This document shows, in pieces, positions 50,845-61,600 of a stretch of DNA of 64,000 nt (positions within the stretch are counted from its first letter, which is position 1; each line of letters begins with the position of its first letter). The translations under genes and the position numbers were made by a program. The notes beneath the pieces were generated by a model that worked only from the letters and a program-made list of their open reading frames with translations, was not told the origin of the DNA and searched no databases. This stretch comes from Peribolospora baueri (Eukaryota): NCBI GenBank assembly GCA_029717555.1, contig JAMDHS010000059.1, forward strand, positions 1-64,000, given 5' to 3'.

Positions 50845-52272
50845 ATGCTTCGCACTCTCTTCCTCCCGCACGCTCTCCCCACCCGTGCCCTCTGCCGCTC
50901 GCCAAGCCTCTCCTACCTCCGCATCGTCCAGCGACGCGCCTACTCCTCGCCGAGCGCGGGGAAGGAGGCCTACCTCGAACCGCACGTCGGCGTGGAGGGC
51001 ATCACCTACTTGACACTCAACCGCCCGAGCGCGAAGAACGCCATCAGCGTAAAGTTGCTCGACGAGATGGAGGAGGCCATCGACGAGGCGCGCTTTGACG
51101 GGTGAGCGAGAGCTAGGTAGCCTCGACGCCTTTTCCGCCTCGTTCTCTGAGCCGCTTCATCTTCGCACTCGATTTCCTTCTCCCATCCCTTCCAGCCGTA
51201 CTCGAGCGCTCATCGTCCGCTCCACCGTTCCGGGCACCTTTTGCGCGGGGGCAGACCTGAAAGAGCGGCGCACCATGTCGCCCTCTCAGGTGGATCGGTT
51301 CCTCCTCGGCCTCAGACGCACTTTCACCGCGCTCGAGCAGCTGCCTTTGCCCACGATCGCCGCCCTCGACGGACTGGCTATGGGTGGGGGCCTCGAGTTG
51401 GCTTTGTGCTGCGATATTCGAGTGGCAGGTGAGTCCGAGGCGGGCAGCGGAGCGGCCTGTACGAGCTCGGCATCCCCTCACACCTGCTCTCCCTCCCTAT
51501 CCAAGGTCCGAGCGCGACCAGGCTCGGCCTCACGGAAACCAGGCTCGCCATCATCCCAGGGTGAGCGACAGTGTGACGGGCCCGCTCCCCGGCCGACGAC
51601 ATTTCCTCTTCTCACATCACACCACTTTGCCCCCGTTTCCTTCTTCCACGCACGGCACACCCAGCGCTGGAGGCACCCAGCGCTTGACGCGCCTCCTCGG
51701 CCCTTCGAAAGCAAAGGACCTCATCTTCTCCTCACGACTGCTGAACGCCCAGCAGGCGCACGAGGTCGGCCTCGTCGACCACTTAGCTGTCGCCGCCGCC
51801 GCCGGGGAAGAGAAGGGCAACGACCAAGCCCAAGCCGGTCAAAGCCGCGGAACGGAGGCGGTCGCGAGGGCGGTCGAGCTGGCTGAGGAGATGGTGCCCA
51901 ACGGTACGTGTCGCGCGTCCGTCCGGCCGTGCTTAAAGCTTTGGCGCTCGGCTGACCTGCGCCCGACTTGGGGGATTGGTCCGCGCTCGCAGGTCCGCTG
52001 GCCATCAAAGCCGCAAAGCTGGCCATCGACCGTGGTATCCAGGTAGATCTGTAAGCATCACCCGTCCTCCCGGCCGCCATCCATCCAATACACCCTCGGC
52101 GCGGGTGGACCATTCATTGACTAACTCTACTCGGACCCCCAAAATCCAATCCAGCGAATCGGCCCTCGACTTTGAACGACAATGCTATGCCACCATCCTG
52201 CACACCAAGGACCGACTGGAAGGGCTCAAAGCGTTTGCGGAGAAGCGCAAGCCGATCTACCGCGGGGAGTAG
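50845..52272 (+). CDS. Mitochondrial crotonase-family enzyme, methylglutaconyl-CoA hydratase (AUH)-like
   Basis: [82 protein letters not shown]. Confidence 0.88.
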
Positions 52273-52907
52273 GTCGCGGCGAGCAGGTAGGTAAGGGAGG
52301 GGATCGCGGAGGATAAATGGATGGATGGAGACATTCGGTCGACTTGCGAGGGCGGGGGCAACGTTTGTTGTATCCCTATCCGAGGTAAAACGAACAAGAA
52401 CCGCACGCGTGCCGCTTCGACACGTTTGCCTTAGCTCCCACAAATCGGGGTAGAAAGACGGGGGGAGGGAAGTCAAGGTAGGGGGCGAGGAGAAGAAGAT
52501 GGGAGGAGGGGAGCGCTTGCGACAGGCAAGCCTTTGTGACATGATATGAATAGAGACGAAAGGGAACGAATACCCGTGTTAGGCCCATCTTTCCTGTACG
52601 CAGTGTAGTGTACGCAGACAAGACCGTCCCTGGACGACAGACACATCCTCGCACGCGAGCACTCGATGGAAACACAAACACGCACACACACAACGGCATT
52701 GCAAGGTGGCCAAAGATACGGGATGCAAGGGGACGTCATCCGCGTTGGCTAGACCGGCCTTCGGTGCTTCGCCTTCGCAGACCCGAGGGTTTCGCACGCG
52801 AGCGAGACGCGCGGGTACAACAGGAGCTCGATCAAGGGGGCGAAACGAAGCGGACGGAGCGATGAGGCAGACGGAGCGGCGGGGCGGGTCAGCGTGATGA
52901 CTCGCGC

Positions 52908-53774
52908 TTAGGCTACAATGCTAGCCGGGGCGGCGCTCGGCGAGGCGACTTGGTTCTGAGGGCAGTCGCGGGCGATGTGGCCCTCCTGCTGGCATTTGTA
53001 GCAGGTCTTGGGGCGAGCGACCGCGACAGGAGCACCACCGGCGCTACCAACGGGAGCGGGGGCCTGGCAGTCGCGGGCGTAGTGGTTCAGGCCATTGCTG
53101 GGAGGAACGGAAGGGTGGAGATGATAGGACGATGATCAAAAAACGAATTCAACCATCCGGCATCCGTCCAGGCGTGGCCCGCGGCCGACGCTCACCAGCG
53201 GTAGCAGCGGATGGCGCCACCGGCACCGACACGGGCTGCGCCGCGGCCGATACTGAAGCCGGGGCACATCCTAGCGATGTGACCGAAGCGGCCGCAGTTC
53301 TGAAGAAAAAAGAAAGGATGGTCGGTCGTGGTGGTCGTGGAGCTCAGGTGACGCTCTGTCTACCTTTGATTGGCGCACCGCTGGCCGGACAGTGGACTCA
53401 CATAGCACTTCTGACCGGCGCCGGCGGCGGGGCCGCGGCCGCCAGCGACGGCGATGGAAGGGCAGTCGGCCTGGATGTGACCGACACCACCGCAGTGGTA
53501 GCACTGCTTGGCCTCGACCGTGCGAGGCTGAGGGCAGGCGCTGCTCTCGTGGCCCGGCTGGCGGCAGTTGAAGCACAACCTAGTCTCCGAGCTGCAGTTC
53601 TCGGCCAGGTGACCGACTGGGCGACGCAAACATAGAGACGAGATGGAATGACCGGTCAGTAGGGGAAGACGATAGGACAAAGAAGAATAGTAACAAAAAA
53701 AAAGAAAGAAAAGGCGCTGGCTCGAAGGAACACTCACGGTTGCCACACTTGTAACATCCGCGACGATAAGCCAT
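52908..53774 (-). CDS. CNBP/Gis2/Byr3-like CCHC zinc-knuckle RNA-binding protein (6 knuckles)
   Basis: Six CX2CX4HX4C motifs across 4 exons, e.g. CFNCRQPGHESSAC and CYKCQQEGHIARDC. TAA 52908-52910. Confidence 0.92.
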
Positions 53775-54245
53775 CCTTCCTACTTGGCTGCTTTCTTACC
53801 GTCGGACACGTTGATGAACGCGCAGCAATTGCAAGTCGCATTAGATGGCAGTCACGGGCGGCGCGAGAGGCAGAAGGCGTGTCGGAGAGGAGTGGAGGAG
53901 GTCCGACGTCGTCGACAAGGTCGAGAGATGGAATGGGACAGATGGCGAAAGGGCGACAGCGGGGCATACACAGCACTTTGGTCGGTCAAAGACGCCCCCA
54001 CACCTTCTCGCACAACGACGCATCTACACATTGCCCATTCCCTCCCTCCCTTCCTTCCTCTCCAGCCAGGTTACGAACGGCGCCGCCACAGACCCTCTCG
54101 TGCGCCTCCCTCCCTCCCGCCCCTCCCTCCAACTCGTCCCCGACCAACAACCACCTCCCACTCACCAGACAGACAACAACAATAAACCTTCTTCAATCAA
54201 TCAACAGCTTCTTCCAGCCTTCTTCAACGACCGAACGAACTGCTG

Positions 54246-54630
54246 CCTCTTGCTTGCTTTGCTTGGTTGACTCGCTGATTGGCGGTGGCTCGGGGAAAGA
54301 ACAGATGGGAATGATGTCAAGCTGAAGATTGTCACCCCCTTCGTCCGACGGCGCGATGGCTGGAGATAGGCGGAGACAGGCGGAGGCAGACGGAACGGGA
54401 ATGTTGCTGCGCCAATTTCCCAGGCTGCCTGTGCCGCCTGCGCCAACCGCCCTAACCCTTGAGGAAGGGACAAAATGAAGACGACGGCTTCGTCCGCCAG
54501 GTCACGCGCCGTTCGACGTCTTAGCATAATACCAAGCAACGAGAACGGCCCTCTCGTTCCCTCATCTCTCGCTCTCGCGCTTAATGACGCTGACAAAGGG
54601 AATCTTGATTGACTAACGCGGCAAACGAGG
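54246..54630 (+). ncRNA. Candidate structured non-coding RNA; contains telomere-template-like CCCTAACCCT
   Basis: Collinear nested helices found by hand (see findings). G-U pairs favour the + strand, and there is no credible ORF. Confidence 0.4.
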
Positions 54631-54818
54631 ACGACGACGCCAGAGAAACGCGGGGAACAGGAACGACGCGAGACCAACGCGCGGGGCGAGGGAGGACCGA
54701 TACAGGAGGGGGGGCGGCGGGGGACACGCCAACGGAGGAGGGCGGAGGGCGGAGGGCCAAGGGGAAGGAGGGAGGGGAAGGAGGGTCACGACAGGGTAAC
54801 AATCACTGGACCAGAAGT

Positions 54819-56071
54819 TCAAGCGGCCTCCTCAGCGGGCTGCTTTGCGTCCGCGCTCTCCTCGGCGGCGGTGGGCGCGGGCTCAGCGGCGGCGGGCTTG
54901 TTCTCCGAGTCTTGCATGTCCGAGGTCCAGAGAGTGAGGTTGTCGCGGAGCAGCTGAAGACGAGCGGGATGGGACGGAGTCAGCCTGTAGTTCATCTTGC
55001 ATCACCCGTCTCAAGATCAACAACTCACCTGCATGATGAGCGTGCTGTCCTTGTAGCTCTCCTCGCTGAGAGTGTCGAGCTCGGCAATGGCGTCCTATAC
55101 AAGGTGAGAGAGGGCACGAGCCGAGGTAGATCAGTCAATGCGCTCAGGGCCACTACTACGGACAAGGTGAAGCCAGGGCTCACGTCGAACGCCTGCTTCG
55201 CAAGGTGGCAAGCACGGTCAGGAGAGTTGAGGATCTCGTAGTAGAACACGGAGAAGTTGAGGGCGAGACCGAGACGGATGGGGTGAGTGGGCGGCAGCTC
55301 GGTAACAGCGACGTCGGAAGCGTTCTTGTAGGCCTCGAGCGACTTGTCGGCAGAGTCCTGGCGCTTGTCGCCAGTCGCGAACTCGGCAAGGTAACGGTGG
55401 TAGTCGCCCTTCCTGTGAACGGGTAAAAAGAAACAAAGGGTCCGCCGGTGAGAAAAGAAAGAGAGGATGGACAAAGGAGAAAGCTGGACGCTCACATCTT
55501 GTGGTAGAACACCTTGGACTCGCCAGTCTGGGCGGAGGGGATGAGGTGCTTGTCGAGCTGAAGGACACAAGGCAGACAGACGATGGAAACGGTCAGCGAG
55601 GCCCTACTCTATGCAAGCGCGAGCAAAACCGGCGACTTACCACGTCGAGGATGTCCTCACAGATCTTGGCAAGCTCGCCCTCGATCTTCTCGCGGTAGGT
55701 CTTGATCATGGCAACCTGCGCGTCGTTACCCTTGGACTCCTCCTTCTGCTCGATGGACGAAACAATCCTCCATGACGCGCGGCGGGCACCGATGACGTTC
55801 TTGTAGGCGACCGAGAGAAGATTGCGCTCCTCGACAGTGAGCTCCTGGTCGGAGGACGCGACGCGCTTCATGCTCTCGACCATCTCTACGGAGGACAAAG
55901 GGAAGCGAGCGACGCGTGGACGTAAGACAATGCGCCGACAGATGTGCCCATGCATTGCATCCACACACTCCATTGCCCGGGACAGGAGCGCAACGCAGAC
56001 TCACCCTCGTAGCGCTCAGCCTGCTCGGCGAGCTTGGCGAGGTAAACACTGTCCTCACGGCTCTCAGACAT
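54819..56071 (-). CDS. BMH1: 14-3-3 protein
   Basis: [89 protein letters not shown]. Confidence 0.98.
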
Positions 56072-56614
56072 GGCGATGGATTTGAGTGTATAAAACGAAA
56101 GGGAGAGTGGATAACTTGAGGGAGAGAAGAGATGATGCTGGACGCGGGCGAGGGTGGAGGAAACGCGAGAGGAAGAGGGAGGTGGATGCCTTGTCAGAAG
56201 GGAATCTTCTTTTGCACACGCCGAAAACAGTGGGCGCGCCTTGCCAGCGCAGCGCGCCTCCGCCGACGAGCTGACCTCCACGGCGCACCGAACCTCGCGA
56301 GCGAGCAGCTCTGCGCGCAATCAGGCGGCCCTCCCTATGCAACGTCCACTCGAGAAGAGGAAAGAGAAGGCTCACCTTTTGCGAGTAGTGCGGGTGACGA
56401 GCTGTCGTGTCGTACGTGGGGGAGGCTATGGAAGGACGGAGGCAGGCCGGTTCACTCCATCTTATTTGCGCGTGCCCCCGTCCGTGCCCTCAACCCTGAT
56501 TCTCGCTGCCGTTTTCGCTGTGGGAAATCGTCATGTGACCCGCTTGCCGCAGCCGGACGCGGGCACGTCAGTAGGTGGGCCCGTGTTTGTCTCGGGCGTC
56601 GTTCAGCAACGGTG

Positions 56615-56637
56615 TCGACTCGACTCGACTCGACTCG
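56615..56637. repeat. (TCGAC)4+ pentanucleotide microsatellite
   Basis: tcgactcgactcgactcgactcg read directly from the sequence. Confidence 0.85.
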
Positions 56638-57303
56638 GCGTTTGTATGTCCTGGAGAGGGCGACGGACGGGACCAGCTTGATTGGCAAACATTCCACTCT
56701 CAGCGCCACTCCAGCGCACCGGTGCGAGCGACCTTTGTCCTCGGGTCGGATCGGTCGACAATGCGGCCGAGTGCGACCAAATCGTCGGCCTGACCTCGTC
56801 CCTTCGTTCCCGCCTCACGTCGACCGTGTCTAGTTTACCTCCATGCAGCTCCGGCGCAGAAAATGACCTGTTGGACGCACAGCTCGTTGCTCCTTCGCTA
56901 CCCACCGTGGCAATCCGAAACGCCAATGCATCTGCCATCGGACTGTCCGTTCACCAGGCGCGCGGGTCTGTCGTCGCGACACCCTAGATGGAGACCACTG
57001 CGGAAGGGAAGCGGATACGATGATCGCCGCCAGTATGATGGATGCCTATTCCGCATGGCTCGGTCAACAACAGCATGACTCGATGCTCGCTTCGGAAACA
57101 AGTCTGCTCACGCTTGGCCGGTCTTGTCGCACGTCTTCCGACGGTCGTTCGCACCCAAGTGCTCCACGAAGCCAACGAAAGAGACTCACACGTCTTCATG
57201 GATTCACCCCTCCCATCCCATCGTCTCTCTCTCTCTCTACAGGTACCGCACGTGACCGTCTTTGGACGGCTTGGCGTTGGCGGCCACGCCTTGTTGGAGC
57301 TTT

Positions 57304-58041
57304 CTATCGATCTCCATGCATGACGACGCAGTGCCTGCTGAAGAGGTCGTTCTGCATCCAGAGCACTTCGTTGAATGCGGTGAGCACCTTGGCCTTGATA
57401 TCGTTGCCGAGTCCATCGCACAGGACGGCGGCGTGAACGAGCAGGTTCTCGACGTAGCCAAGCAGCAAGCGGAGGTGCACGTAGTCGACGAACAGCGCCG
57501 GCGACCTTGTCGAGTTATTCGAAGAAGCTCACATCATAGCACTGGGCCGAGACAAGATTGACCAGGTAGCGCGAGAAAAAGTCCTTGCGGAACGCGACCT
57601 GCTCGTGGTTGGGCGTCACCTCGTCCATGGAGCTCAGCGTCGGCCATTCGTACCCGGTCTGGCGCGGGTAGAATGCCGTCTTGGTCACATCGAAGGATAA
57701 GAGCTCGGTGTACACAGCGTCTACGATCGTCTTCAGCTGTGGGATCACCACCACGGCGAAGGCGTGAAGCGCGTCGATATCCTCTGTCGGCGAGGGGAGC
57801 GCGCAATAGAGTAACCGGAGGGATCGACCAGCAGCCATCCGAATGCCGCCCGGCCCATTCGGCTTGGGGACAGTTGCCTAGACTGAGGAGGAGGCGAGAA
57901 ACGGACCTTGTCCGAAGCCGACGAATTCCTTCAGATAGGTCCACTCGCCGCTCGAATCACTTCCAGGTCTTCTTTGGTGACGTGCCAGGGCGACTGCACG
58001 CTCGATGGCTCGACGTCGGGCCAGGAGGCGAGGTCGGGCAT
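57304..58041 (-). pseudogene. Disabled fungal protoglobin/globin-sensor-domain gene
   Basis: Fragments HVTKEDLE / YLKEFVGFGQ|EDIDAL...VDAVYTELLSFDVT...FRKDFFSRYL...FFE*LDKV / VDYVHL...LGYV...AFNEVLWMQNDLFSRH, with two frameshifts and an in-frame TAA (57515-57517). Confidence 0.8.
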
Positions 58042-59114
58042 CACGGAGGGGAACGGACGGTAGGAGAGGTGGGACAGTAGTGATGTTCTACTCAGATCAG
58101 AGGGCTCGACCCGGGGAGAAGAAACAGCTCGACGCCCCGACCGCGCTCTCGACCTTAGTAATTTATATTCCGACCACATCTCTCCACATCCTTTCGGGGG
58201 CGTGCACAAATCTCAACGTCGTTTTGACATTCTTGTTCTGGCATTTGAAATGCTCTCTCACACTTACTTGAGAATCTTTCCCCTGAAGTTTTGAAAATCT
58301 TGCCTTGAAATCTTGGGCCTTGAAATTTTGAATATCTTTGAAAAGAAATTGTAGAATCTAAAGACGCAAGTTTGGATTCTTTAGCAGAGAACAGACTCGG
58401 ACGAGGAAGAGGGCGCGCCGGTCAAGGAAGGAAGAAGACAGCAGATGGATCACGACTTGTCTCGGCGCTGTGTGACTATTCACGCTGGGCTACTGACGGA
58501 CAGGAGGTGCATCGGCTCTTGTGTCCAGCTGCTCGGCGCAGGCAGGCACATTTAAGGCATTCCTTGCGTGCGAAGGCAATGAGTTCAAGGTGCCTAGCTG
58601 GAAGACTCGACCGGTGGACAAGCAGGCAAAATGGAAAAAGGGTCAAACGGACCTGGGCCAGTTCCCTCGAAGAGGTTGAGGAATTGATTAGAATAACTCT
58701 TGTGGTATTTACACTAGTTCAGCTCAGCATGGCATCTACATTCTCCACCAGCCACAGCAACACCTGACTTATAAGACGGAACATCTATCGCAGCAGCCCA
58801 GCCCAGGTTGGACACTCCTAGCCCAGTGTCAGGATTGAGTCTGGGAAACACAATTCATCTAGGCCAGCAAAAGGCACTTTTGGTCAGCCTGGCTCCCAGA
58901 AGCTATATGTACCAGTACCGTCAGTGCACGGCATCATGCCGTCTTAGTAATAGCCAATCGCGCTCAGCTCATGTCCTGGACGAATGCAGTAAAGTGGGCT
59001 GGCTCCCTTCGCCATGAGTTGCCGCCCACACTCGTCGCGTGTGGCTGCTGAGTGGGCGTCGCTGCAGCAGACCGCGTCGGAGTCGTATCCTTCTGAGAGA
59101 GAGTCGATCCCACT

Positions 59115-59156
59115 TTGCAAGGACCGTTTCTCCTTTTGCAAGGACCGTTTCTCCTT
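59115..59156. repeat. Exact 21-bp tandem duplication (TTGCAAGGACCGTTTCTCCTT x2)
   Basis: Read directly from the sequence. Confidence 0.9.
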
Positions 59157-59592
59157 AACCTTGGCAAGCCAAGCCTGGTGTTCGGCAGAAAGGTGTGGGC
59201 GAGTGGAGAAAGTGGATCGGAGCAAGTCGATGTGCAGAATGACATGGCGATGACGGTGACACGACATGACAGTAGGGCGCTTTTGGGTGGGAGGAAGGAT
59301 TGGCCATAAACCGGCCCCTAGGACAACCTAAACGAGCTGGCCATCAAGAATGATAAGTGAGATGGCGAAAAACGTAAGGGATGACGAAAAACACAGGGAA
59401 GTAGTGCAAGAGACGTCAGTTGAGGTTGGCTTGGAGAATGCAGGCAGAGCAACCGAAAAAAAGCATGTGCGTATGCGAGACGTGCAAGGAAGATTGGCTG
59501 GATGTGAGCTCCCCAGCCCCTTGAGTCTCCCTCGTACCGGACAGAACACACCAACATCAACCCTTCACCCCTGTGCCGACGTGGAACACGCC

Positions 59593-59788
59593 ATGATGCA
59601 AAGCGTTCCCAAGCTCACCGAGAGTCATTACTACACATGGCATATCGGGGCACAGGCGGCATTCGAGGTCGCGGATCTGGGATGTTGTTGATCCGGAGAA
59701 AGACTGGGAGGAGTCCACCGACGACGTCAAGAAGAAAAATGCCTGGAGGCAAGTGAAGAAGCGCAGGAAGGTTTGCGACATTGCGTGA
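59593..59788 (+). mobile_element. Degenerate Ty1/copia gag N-terminal fragment
   Basis: MMQSVPKLTESHYYTWHIGAQAAFEVAD(L)/WDVVDP...KKKNAW after a frameshift near 59678; resembles the copia Gag KLxxxNYxxW...LWDVV pattern. Confidence 0.55.
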
Positions 59789-60349
59789 GAAAAATCCACA
59801 AGATCTGGAAACAAGATCTGCGCAAACGCTTTGAGAAAAACTCGAAAGTGTTACTACACACGCCCTCCTTTCCACCCACGCCGTGTCTCACAGCCGCTGT
59901 ACGTACAGCCTCCAGACTGCGCAAGGCTGGCAACAACCGAACGAAGCTTTGCAATGCGGGCTTTGAGTTGAGTCTGGCGCGAAAAAAAAAAATGGGCGAC
60001 AAACGGAATGGACCGGGTGCACAGATGAGACGAGATGGCTTTCATTGAGGGCCACCAAACCAGACAGACGAGGGCTGCGCCGTCCTGACGGATCGTCACG
60101 AGGGCGCCCCATCCATTCACCATCACTTGGCTCGGTTCGGCCCCGTTCTTCCCTCTCCTACGACCCGCCCGAGCGTGGAGATGGGAAGGCAAGGTCAAGG
60201 AGGGTGTGTGGTGTGGTTGTGGAGTGTTGGACGAGGAAGGAAGGACGTTCGTGATCGAGATCGAACCGCGGCGAGCCGACGCCAAAAGATGGGGAGGCCA
60301 GTCCAACGACGAAAGTCCACCACCGCCCACCCACCAAGCCACCGGCGCC

Positions 60350-60850
60350 ATGGTGAGCGAGCATTCGGCGACAGATTGGTCGACGTCGTCCTCCACGGTG
60401 TCGTATGCCTGCTGAAACGCACGCCCGCATTCCTTTCGCAGTCTGCGTTGTTCAACTTCCAGGCTCTCCTCGTCGTCGTCTTGCTCGTAATATGTACGTG
60501 CACGTACGTTCGTGCCACCGCGCCAGGCTTGATCGACCGGAATAAGGAAGGGTGGGTAACGTAGGGCGTGGACAGCTCGTGGCCATGGCGGTGCTCAGTC
60601 CACCCTTCCATCCGCTTCGATGTTTCAGCATTTTCGGGCTTTTCTTCAAGGCGGCCAGAATCGGTGAGTCCAGTCCATCTCTAATGCCCCCTCTGCGGTC
60701 GGCGACGCACGAACGCCGTCAAGTTCGACGTGGGCCAGCATCTCATGGCATTTTTGTCGCCGCCTGTCCGTCTCTGCCTCAGGCGAACGTCTCTCTCCCT
60801 ACGTCTCTCTGTCGCTCATCGTCATGGCGGGCTTCCTCCTCTTGTCCTGA
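60350..60850 (+). CDS. KSH1: Kish/TMEM167 small Golgi membrane protein, 71 aa, 4 exons
   Basis: Exons 60350-60352, 60442-60551, 60629-60663, 60783-60850 give [71 protein letters not shown]. Confidence 0.95.
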
Positions 60851-61600
60851 TCGAGGCATCGCTTCGCACCTTCCCACTCCGGGTCGAGGCGGAGGGCCGC
60901 GCTGCAAGGCTGTGGACGAAAAACAAAAAAAGGATCACTCGCAATGCCGAGTCTTGCCCGCTCCACGCCAGTCCCGAGCAACAGGTTCAAGCGTGGAGGG
61001 CGCCCGAGTCTGACACGAGGAGCGCTCCCTTTTCCTTTGCTGGCCGAGAGACTCCTAGACGGACGACGGAAGAGTCCCTCCCTTTGCTTGCATAGGATGT
61101 CTTCCGTCTTGTCCATCCCTCATCCCCGTTTGCCGTATACGATGCGCAATCTATCTCGTCCCAAGGGCCCTTCGCTACAAAGACGTCTGTCTGGTCGACC
61201 TTACAGAGAGCGTGCTTGCGGTGGAAACATCGGCCACGCTTACGATGGCACGTCATAGACGAGCAGAGCAGCATGATAGAACCCTTCCGGCGGCCCAAAG
61301 AGACGTTCCAATGTGGAGACTGGGCGGCAAAGAAGTACGAAGTAGGATACATTGCGTTGCAGAGCTGAGCACGACGCCGATGATGGTGGTGGCAGTCAAC
61401 GTCGCAGGCGCGGGTTAGCCGCAAGCCACGCGAGCCGTGTCTCTCCGTTCCGTCGTCGTCATCGTCGTCGTGCACCTCCTCACGACGGCAACCTCCACCA
61501 CCTATCAACACCCAACACTCCACTCGTCCCTGCCAACGCCATAGCCATTTCTCGCTCTCTCTGGACCTCGCCATCGTTCGAGAGCGGAAGCAGGACTGTC

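Noticed and set aside
54311..54595. C/D or H/ACA snoRNA, SRP, RNase P/MRP or TPP riboswitch identity for the structured segment
   Set aside because: ATGATGT and CTGA are not juxtaposed, there is no H box or convincing rRNA guide, and the hallmark motifs of the other classes are missing.
57515..57517. In-frame TAA in the globin gene as readthrough, selenocysteine or RNA editing
   Set aside because: The codon is TAA at an expected Tyr, and two frameshifts plus a deletion accompany it, so decay is the simpler explanation.
58944..59267. ORF containing KEKRSLQKEKRSLQ
   Set aside because: The repeat derives from the 21-bp duplication in degenerate DNA, and no family is recognisable.
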